Of a stretch of DNA of 32,000 nucleotides, positions 26,144-32,000 are shown in pieces. The DNA lies in the NCBI RefSeq assembly GCF_029504745.1, contig NZ_JAQFIQ010000008.1, positions 30,001-62,000 of the forward strand, in the 5' to 3' direction. The translations under genes were made by a program, and so were the position numbers. The notes under the pieces were generated by a model. That model saw only the letters and a list, made by a program, of their open reading frames with translations. It did not search any database and was not told the DNA's origin. The stretch comes from Breznakia sp. PF5-3 (lineage in GTDB: Bacteria; Bacillota_I; Bacilli_A; Erysipelotrichales; Erysipelotrichaceae). How positions within the stretch are numbered: position 1 is the stretch's first letter; each line of letters starts with the position of its first letter.

Positions 26144-26467
26144 ATGAAATTAATTTTAGCAATTATGTCAAATGATGATAGTCACAGTGTTTCAAGTGCA
26201 TTAACAAAGGATAATTTCCAAGTTACTAGATTGGCAACAACAGGTGGATTTTTAAGAGCTGGAAACACAACTTTAATTGTTGGAACAGATAACGATAAAG
26301 TTGATCGAGCAATTGAAGTAATTGGAGAATACAGTAGAAAGAGAACAGAAGTAGTACCTTCAACAGCATCTTATGATATTGGTCGTTTTGCCTCATTCCC
26401 TGTGGAAGTACAGGTAGGTGGAGCAACTATATTTGTATTAGATGTAGAACAATTTGTGAAGTTATAA
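26144..26467 (+). CDS. darA: PII-like cyclic-di-AMP receptor DarA (YaaQ/PstA family)
   Basis: Collinear with B. subtilis YaaQ as I recall it (MKLI.A......D...L....F.VT.LATTGGFL..GNTT......V..A...I........YPVEV.VGGAT.FVL). The ATG at 26144 lies 8 nt after AAAGGAAG. Confidence 0.85.
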   Translation: MKLILAIMSNDDSHSVSSALTKDNFQVTRLATTGGFLRAGNTTLIVGTDNDKVDRAIEVIGEYSRKRTEVVPSTASYDIGRFASFPVEVQVGGATIFVLDVEQFVKL

Positions 26468-26490
26468 AAAGACGCAAGTCTTTTTTTTTG
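26466..26490 (+). terminator. Weak terminator after darA
   Basis: AAGAC (26469-26473) pairs with GTCTT (26478-26482), followed by a long T-run. Confidence 0.5.
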
Positions 26491-26555
26491 AGCACTTTCA
26501 TGGCATTAAAAACAGGTGATGTTATAATGAAGACACATAATAGGAGGATATTTAT

Positions 26556-27155
26556 ATGAAAACAATTTTGGATAGTATTAAGGATAGAAGATCAATTTAT
26601 ACAATAAACGATAATCCAGTATTAAAGGATGAAGAATTAGAGAAATTGATAAAGGAAGTTACAAAACATGTTCCATCACCTTACAATATGCAAAGTCAAA
26701 GGGTTGTATTGTTGTTAGGGGAAGAACATCATAAATTATGGAACATCGTATTAGAAACACTTCGTAAAATGGTTCCAGAGGAAAAGTTTGGAACAACAGA
26801 AGCAAAAATTAAAACAGCATTTGATGCAGGATATGCAACAATTTTATATTTTGAAGATGAAGATGTAGTAAAGAGTATGGGCGACAAGTTTCCATCATAT
26901 CGAGAAAACTTTAATACGTGGTCAACTCAAGCAAATGGAATGTTGCAGTATGCTTTATGGACAACCTTAGAATCTGAAGGATATGGAGCATCATTGCAGC
27001 ACTATAACCCAATCATTGATGATGAGGTTAAAGAAACGTGGAACTTACCAAAGTCTTGGAAGTTATATGCACAAATGCCAATTGGAAAACCAACAGGGGA
27101 ACCTGGAGATAAAGAATTTATGCCAATTGATGAAAAAGTAAAAGTATTTAAATAA
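26556..27155 (+). CDS. Nitroreductase-family protein (Frm2/Hbn1-like subgroup)
   Basis: 199 aa. Contains KDRRSIYT, PSPYNMQSQRVVLL and GASLQHYNP, a pattern I associate with Frm2-like nitroreductases. TAGGAGGA SD. Confidence 0.75.
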   Translation: MKTILDSIKDRRSIYTINDNPVLKDEELEKLIKEVTKHVPSPYNMQSQRVVLLLGEEHHKLWNIVLETLRKMVPEEKFGTTEAKIKTAFDAGYATILYFEDEDVVKSMGDKFPSYRENFNTWSTQANGMLQYALWTTLESEGYGASLQHYNPIIDDEVKETWNLPKSWKLYAQMPIGKPTGEPGDKEFMPIDEKVKVFK

Positions 27156-27156
27156 T

Positions 27157-27186
27157 AGCTGGTCCAAAAAGGATCAGCTTTTTTTG
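27157..27186 (+). terminator. Intrinsic terminator after the nitroreductase gene
   Basis: AGCTGGTCC (27157-27165) pairs with GGATCAGCT (27171-27179, one G-U), followed by T6. Confidence 0.75.
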
Positions 27187-27259
27187 ACATATATAAAATA
27201 ATGGAGTATTATTAACAGTGTTAATAAAATTAACGATGTTAATGAAAGGTGATGATAAT

Positions 27260-27856
27260 TTGAGTAAGCGAAGAGTGGAAGAGAAGCAAGCAATGAAGGT
27301 GAAGATTCAAAACGCTGCTATCGAAATAATAAGAAGTGAAGGGTATGATAAATTATCGTTACGGAAGATTGCTGCTAAAATAGATTATTCAGCAACCAAT
27401 ATTTATAATTATTATCAAAATAAGGCAGATATAATTAAAAGTATAATTATTCGCAAATCAACAGAAATTGTGGAAACGGTTGATAAGGAATTAAAGAAGA
27501 AACAAAACTTATCAATGGAAGAGCAGTTTCGATGGTTAGTACGTATTTTCATAGAAACAATGATTGATGATCCTGAACAAGTAAGAGCAGTTTTTCAAAC
27601 AGGAATCAATATTTATGCAGATTATGAATTGGATGAAGAGAATATTGATGGAGAACCTAAAATATTACAATTTTTAAATGAAGGATATCAACAAGGTGTT
27701 TTTAAACAGATGAATGAATCAACAGCAGTACTAATCATAGTGAATTTGTTAGGGGTTGCTTCTTATATTTTAAATAATCAAATAAATGATCCAAAACAAA
27801 TTGATTTACTTATTGAAAATGAAAGTAATATATTATTAACAGGTATTTTAAAGTAA
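27260..27856 (+). CDS. TetR/AcrR-family transcriptional regulator
   Basis: N-terminal HTH signature AAIEIIRSEGYDKLSLRKIAAKIDYSATNIYNYYQNK. I prefer the TTG at 27260, 7 nt after AAGGTGA. In-frame ATGs at 27236 and 27242 lack an SD, so the start is uncertain. Confidence 0.85.
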   Translation: MSKRRVEEKQAMKVKIQNAAIEIIRSEGYDKLSLRKIAAKIDYSATNIYNYYQNKADIIKSIIIRKSTEIVETVDKELKKKQNLSMEEQFRWLVRIFIETMIDDPEQVRAVFQTGINIYADYELDEENIDGEPKILQFLNEGYQQGVFKQMNESTAVLIIVNLLGVASYILNNQINDPKQIDLLIENESNILLTGILK

Positions 27857-27865
27857 GGAGATACA

Positions 27866-28342
27866 ATGAAAACATTAATACTATATGGAAGTAAGCATGG
27901 ATGTACAGAAGATGTAGCAAATACACTTGCAAAGCAACTTAATCGTCCTGTAGAAGTAAAAAACATTGAAGATGCTAATGTAGATTTAAGTTCATATTAT
28001 AATATAGTCTTAGGAAGCTCTATCTATGCTGGACAAATGAATAAGAAACTCAAGAAATACATAAAGGAACATGAAGCAGAATTAAAAGAAAAAGCAGTAT
28101 CGGTTTTTTTATGTAGAGGACAAGCAGATGATCAATTTGATAAAGTGTTAAAAGAAAACCTTCCTGAGATATACGATAGTATAAAATATAAAGGAGACTT
28201 TGGGGGAGAGTTTCGTAAAGATCGAATGGGATTCATGGAAAAGAAATTAATTAATATGATTTCAAAAAAAACAGGTGGTGAAGAACCTATTGTATCAGCA
28301 AGTGCTATTCAGATGTTTGTAGAAAATTTAAATAATGAATAA
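27866..28342 (+). CDS. Flavodoxin-domain protein (short, HemG/Flavodoxin_5-like)
   Basis: 158 aa. N-terminal MKTLILYGSKHGCTEDVA is an FMN phosphate-loop-like motif. The start lies 9 nt after the TetR stop, with a GGAG SD, so it is probably co-transcribed. Confidence 0.75.
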   Translation: MKTLILYGSKHGCTEDVANTLAKQLNRPVEVKNIEDANVDLSSYYNIVLGSSIYAGQMNKKLKKYIKEHEAELKEKAVSVFLCRGQADDQFDKVLKENLPEIYDSIKYKGDFGGEFRKDRMGFMEKKLINMISKKTGGEEPIVSASAIQMFVENLNNE

Positions 28343-28345
28343 ATA

Positions 28346-28392
28346 AAAAGCTAGTATGGAAGAATGAAGTTAATTCTTTATACTAGCTTTTT
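28346..28392. terminator. Bidirectional terminator between the convergent flavodoxin and EamA genes
   Basis: AAAAGCTAGTAT (28346-28357) pairs with ATACTAGCTTTT (28380-28391). An inner AAGAAT/ATTCTT pairing extends the stem. A and T runs lie on both sides. Confidence 0.7.
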
Positions 28393-29245
28393 AAGTTGCG
28401 AATGTGGGTCGTTTATATTCTACAATAAGTACAGCACTTAGCATAAGAGCACCACCAAGGATGGTAGAGGGCTCTAAGGGTTGTGATAGGATAATGGTGC
28501 TTGCTAATGTTCCTATAACGGCTTCCATTGTTAGAATTAGGCTTGCACGTGATGGTTCTACATGAGTTTGTCCATACAATTGTAATAAGGATGCAATGGC
28601 ACTGCTGAATAAGGCAAGATACAAAACACTTTCCCATCCATTGCTAGGAATTGTGGTTTGTTGAAAGATTGGCATACAGATTAACGATAGTGTTCCCATC
28701 GTAAGAAGTTGAATACAAGTGATGGAAAGTGGATCCCCATGAGCTCCACATTTTTCATTGTAGATAATTTGTAAAGCAAAGAACAATGCACAAAGGATTA
28801 ATAAGATATCACCTGTATGAAAGCTTAAAGATTCATTGAAGGATAAAACGGCAGTACCTAATAAAGCAAGTATTCCAGCGAAGTATATTTTATTTTGAAT
28901 ATGTCTTTTTAAAAAAATACGAGAAATAAAGGGAACGAAAAGAACATTAAGTGTTGTTATAAAAGCGGTATTGGGAATCGATGACAATTCTTGTCCTGTT
29001 GTTTGAAAAGCAAAGCCAAGGAAAAATAAGACACCATTGGTGATTCCTAGAGTCAATGTAGTTTTATTTTTATACCACTTTTTCTTAAAGGATAAAAAAA
29101 ACATAAAGGCACCACCAATAAATCCACGCATCATTAAAAGTGGAAAAGGTTGCCATCCAGCACTTAGTGCTTGATCGACAAAGATAAAACCTAATCCCCA
29201 TAAAATGGTAGTTATAACGAGTGAAATGGTTGCCTTTTTTTCCAT
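28391..29245 (-). CDS. EamA/DMT-superfamily transporter
   Basis: About 10 TM segments forming two EamA-like halves. The start was moved to the ATG at 29245 (MEKKATISLV), 9 nt after AAGGAG. Confidence 0.8.
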   Translation of the reverse strand: MEKKATISLVITTILWGLGFIFVDQALSAGWQPFPLLMMRGFIGGAFMFFLSFKKKWYKNKTTLTLGITNGVLFFLGFAFQTTGQELSSIPNTAFITTLNVLFVPFISRIFLKRHIQNKIYFAGILALLGTAVLSFNESLSFHTGDILLILCALFFALQIIYNEKCGAHGDPLSITCIQLLTMGTLSLICMPIFQQTTIPSNGWESVLYLALFSSAIASLLQLYGQTHVEPSRASLILTMEAVIGTLASTIILSQPLEPSTILGGALMLSAVLIVEYKRPTFAT

Positions 29246-29367
29246 GAAATAGAGCTCCTTTAAATATGATTTGAATATGCTCATTTTAACATAATTAAAG
29301 AATTATACAAATTTTACTTGCACTACTATAATGATATGCTATAATTCATAAATGATAAGAGAAAATT

Positions 29368-29766
29368 ATGATAAAAAAGTTACATGTAAAACATCGACAT
29401 CGATATAATAATGAAGAAGCAGTATTATATAATGGAGAAGTAACATTCAACATTTATGATGATTATGAAGAATTATTATATAAAGAAAACGATGGTGCGA
29501 AAGTTAAAGTTCATCTTTATGAAGATCATATGAAAATCATCCGTAATGGTGAAATTATTTCAAATTTAAAATTTGTTGTTGATAAGAAAACAAAGAATAT
29601 TTTAATGACACCATACGGTGATTTGGAAATTGAAATTTATACCTATGAATATCATAAGGAACATGATAAAATAATCGTCGAATATGATGTTCTTTCTTCT
29701 AGTGAAGAAAAGGATGGATACCGTATAGAGTTTTCTATTGAGGAGGAGCGCAGTGAGTTCAATTGA
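29368..29766 (+). CDS. DUF1934 (YwiB-like) beta-barrel protein
   Basis: 132 aa, with the size and alternating-strand pattern of YwiB. Sits directly upstream of argS, as ywiB does in B. subtilis. A TTGCAC-N16-TATAAT promoter-like element lies at about 29317-29344. Confidence 0.6.
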   Translation: MIKKLHVKHRHRYNNEEAVLYNGEVTFNIYDDYEELLYKENDGAKVKVHLYEDHMKIIRNGEIISNLKFVVDKKTKNILMTPYGDLEIEIYTYEYHKEHDKIIVEYDVLSSSEEKDGYRIEFSIEEERSEFN

Positions 29767-31396
29767 TATGAAATTAAAAGAAGCGATAGCAGATAGTTTC
29801 AAAAATGCTTTTGATCTTGAAATTGCATCAGAAGATGTTGTGATTGAGATACCAAAAGACAAAAGTCATGGGGATTATGCTACAAACGCTGCAATGAAAT
29901 TTAGTAAGCAAGTAGGTAAAGCACCAAGAGATATCGCTCAAATGATTATAGATACAATAGATAAGGATAAGGCATCAATTGATAATATGGAGATTGCTGG
30001 ACCTGGATTTATTAATTTTACGATGAAAAATGATATGTTGACGAACATCATAAGTGTCGTATTAGAAAAAGATGATCAATATGGAAAAAATAATATAGGA
30101 AATGGGTTAAAGGTAAACTGTGAATATGTAAGTGCTAACCCAACTGGGGATTTGCATTTAGGACATGCTCGTGGAGCAGCATGGGGAGATAGTGTTACTC
30201 GCTTGATGAAGGCTAGTGGCTATGATGTAACTCGTGAATATTATATTAATGATGCAGGAAATCAGATTATTAACTTAGGAAAATCTTTGTATGCACGATA
30301 TGCTGCTGTCTTTGGAAAAGAAGTAGCTTTACCTGATGATGGATACCATGGTGATGATGTGAAAGCTATTGCTGAAAATATCGCTAAAGAAGTTGGTGAC
30401 ATCTATTTAGAAATGAATGATCAAACTTTAGAATTTTTCAAATCCGAAGGAATTAAGTTTGAAATGGATAAGCTTAAAAAAGATTTGAAAAACTTCCGTG
30501 TTGAATTTGATGTTTATTCAAGTGAACAAGCAATTCGTGATGCTGGAAAAGTAGAAAAGGCAATTGAAACGCTTTCTTCTTTAGGAATGACCTATGAAAA
30601 AGATGATGCATTATGGTTTGAAACAACTAAATTTAATGATGATAAAGACCGTGTACTTAGAAAAAGTGATGGATCTTATACATATCTAGTACCAGATATT
30701 GCATATCATATCAATAAGCTTGATCGTGGATTTGATAAAATGGTTGATTTCTTAGGAGCCGACCACCATGGATATGTTCCACGTTTAAAAGCAAGTATTG
30801 AAGCTCTTGGAAGAGATAGCAATATGCTTGAAGTTGATATTATCCAGATGGTTAGACTTGTTGAGAATGGTGAAGAAATCAAAATGAGTAAACGTTTAGG
30901 AAATGCAATTACGCTTCGAGATTTATGCAATGAAGTTGGTGTAGATGCAGCACGTTACTTCTTTGTCCAAAGGGCACTAGATACACACTTTGATTTTGAT
31001 ATAAGCTTGGCTAAGAAGGAAAACAATGAAAATCCTGTATATTATGCACAATATGCACATGCAAGGATTTGTTCAATTCTAAAAGCGAGTGATATAGATC
31101 AGCAAGCAGATAACTATGAATTGTTAACACATGAAAAAGAAGTGCAATTATTAAAATACATAAATGAATTTACAAACGTAGTTGGCGATGCTGCTAAAAA
31201 TAGAGCACCTAATAAAGTGTGCAATTACATTCAAAAGTTGGCTTCATTATTCCATAGCTTCTATGGATCTTGTAAAGTAAATGATCCAGAGAACCAAGTA
31301 TTGAGTGCACAACGGATGGATTTATTAAAAGCATGTAAGATAACATTAAAAAATGCTTTATATCTTATAGGAGTTGAGGCTCCTGAGCAAATGTAG
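29753..31396 (+). CDS. argS: Arginyl-tRNA synthetase
   Basis: HIGH-type motif SANPTGDLHLGHARG and KMSKS-type motif IKMSKRLGN. The start is either the GTG at 29753 (4-6 nt after GGAGGAG) or the ATG at 29768, which has no nearby SD. The ORF-track TTG at 29738 is unlikely. Confidence 0.93.
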   Translation: MSSIDMKLKEAIADSFKNAFDLEIASEDVVIEIPKDKSHGDYATNAAMKFSKQVGKAPRDIAQMIIDTIDKDKASIDNMEIAGPGFINFTMKNDMLTNIISVVLEKDDQYGKNNIGNGLKVNCEYVSANPTGDLHLGHARGAAWGDSVTRLMKASGYDVTREYYINDAGNQIINLGKSLYARYAAVFGKEVALPDDGYHGDDVKAIAENIAKEVGDIYLEMNDQTLEFFKSEGIKFEMDKLKKDLKNFRVEFDVYSSEQAIRDAGKVEKAIETLSSLGMTYEKDDALWFETTKFNDDKDRVLRKSDGSYTYLVPDIAYHINKLDRGFDKMVDFLGADHHGYVPRLKASIEALGRDSNMLEVDIIQMVRLVENGEEIKMSKRLGNAITLRDLCNEVGVDAARYFFVQRALDTHFDFDISLAKKENNENPVYYAQYAHARICSILKASDIDQQADNYELLTHEKEVQLLKYINEFTNVVGDAAKNRAPNKVCNYIQKLASLFHSFYGSCKVNDPENQVLSAQRMDLLKACKITLKNALYLIGVEAPEQM

Positions 31397-31406
31397 GAGG
31401 ATTAAT

Positions 31407-31694
31407 ATGGGACAACCTATGATTGATATCGCGTTCGATATATTAAGCAACAAAAAAGAATCTATGGTCTTCATTGAATTGTGGAACAATGTAAGTGAAG
31501 AAAAAGGACTGACAGAAACACAAAAAGAAGATAAGATTGCACAGTTTTATACTGACTTATCATTGGATGGAAGATTTGTGAATATGCAGGACAATAAATG
31601 GGATCTAAAATCTCGTCATCGTTTAGAAGAAGTAAAAAAGGTAAGTGCTGAAGAATTAATCGATGATGAAGAAGATGAAGTTGATGAAGATTAA
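31407..31694 (+). CDS. rpoE: RNA polymerase delta subunit RpoE (short form)
   Basis: Contains IAQFYTDLSLDGRF, matching the B. subtilis RpoE core as I recall it, plus an acidic tail DDEEDEVDED. The ATG at 31407 follows TAGGAGGA. Confidence 0.85.
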   Translation: MGQPMIDIAFDILSNKKESMVFIELWNNVSEEKGLTETQKEDKIAQFYTDLSLDGRFVNMQDNKWDLKSRHRLEEVKKVSAEELIDDEEDEVDED

Positions 31695-31738
31695 AAAGGT
31701 TAAGTTAAATAGTAAGATTAACCAATAATAAATAAATG

Positions 31739-31768
31739 AAAGACAACTGAAACGGTTGTCTTTTCTTG
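31739..31768 (+). terminator. Intrinsic terminator after rpoE
   Basis: AAAGACAAC (31739-31747) pairs with GTTGTCTTT (31755-31763), followed by TCTT. Confidence 0.7.
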
Positions 31769-31846
31769 TGAAATAATAAATAAATAGGTATAAAAGTTGA
31801 ATAAAAAATGATATATTAATAGAGTATCTTAGGAGGAGTTCTAGAC

Positions 31847-32000
31847 ATGAGTAAAAAACCAGTAGTATTAGTAGTGATGGATGGTGTTGGAATAAATGAG
31901 AGTAAGTATGGTAATGCAGTTACCAATTCTTATACACCAACACTAGATAGATTGTATGAAACAAGTCCATATACAGCAATTAAAGCACATGGAACCGCTG
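31847..32000 (+). CDS. gpmI: 2,3-bisphosphoglycerate-independent phosphoglycerate mutase, N-terminal 51 codons (runs off window)
   Basis: MSKKPVVLVVMDGVGINESKYGNAV...TPTLDRL...IKAHGTA matches the iPGM N-terminus, including the metal-binding Asp in VMDG. TAGGAGGAG SD. Confidence 0.85.
   Translation, partial: MSKKPVVLVVMDGVGINESKYGNAVTNSYTPTLDRLYETSPYTAIKAHGTA

Noticed and set aside
25152-26467. Patatin-like phospholipase divergent from the c-di-AMP receptor gene darA, considered as a possible cyclic-nucleotide-activated (CBASS CapV-like) defence effector.
   Set aside because: No cyclase, CD-NTase or other CBASS component is nearby. The patatin has the domain layout of the common housekeeping YjjU/RssA-like family, and darA is a conserved origin-proximal housekeeping gene. 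The adjacency is most simply coincidental.

Overview
This window is the chromosomal replication-origin neighbourhood of an AT-rich, low-GC Gram-positive (Bacillota-type) genome; I cannot name the taxon without a database search. Left of about 10 kb almost everything is on the minus strand. That side holds a DUF1622 membrane-protein fragment and a 5.7-kb sugar locus (PRD/EIIA regulator, fructose-family PTS EIIA, EIIB and EIIC, two tandem class II ketose-bisphosphate aldolases). It also holds jag/khpB-yidC-rnpA-rpmH; the only plus-strand gene there is a MATE efflux gene. Right of about 10 kb almost everything is on the plus strand: dnaA-dnaN-yaaA-recF-gyrB-gyrA, a T-box leader plus serS, a small membrane protein, a small SRP RNA, tadA and dnaX-ybaB-recR. 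These are followed by a GyrI-like protein, darA, an Frm2-like nitroreductase, TetR plus flavodoxin, DUF1934-argS, rpoE and the 5' end of gpmI. A patatin-like lipase and an EamA transporter are the minus-strand exceptions. TTTTCCACA-type DnaA boxes cluster upstream of dnaA, and one box followed by a DnaA-trio-like run lies in the dnaA-dnaN spacer, which suggests a bipartite oriC as in Bacillus subtilis. The gene order is a compacted version of the B. subtilis origin region, with no rRNA or tRNA genes. I found no CRISPR array, transposase, integrase, phage gene, toxin-antitoxin pair or recognisable defence system. I do not think the window holds a convincing new multi-gene system. The items most worth a second look are regulatory or metabolic: (1) a terminator hairpin with an embedded 14-codon uORF in the MATE gene leader; (2) a 17-nt motif present three times around the PTS locus; (3) the kinase-less PTS locus with two aldolases; (4) a register ambiguity in the serS T-box specifier loop; (5) a short SRP RNA directly upstream of tadA. 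rpmH and the SRP RNA are absent from the ORF track, and several ORF-track starts carry spurious N-terminal extensions that I corrected using Shine-Dalgarno (SD) spacing.
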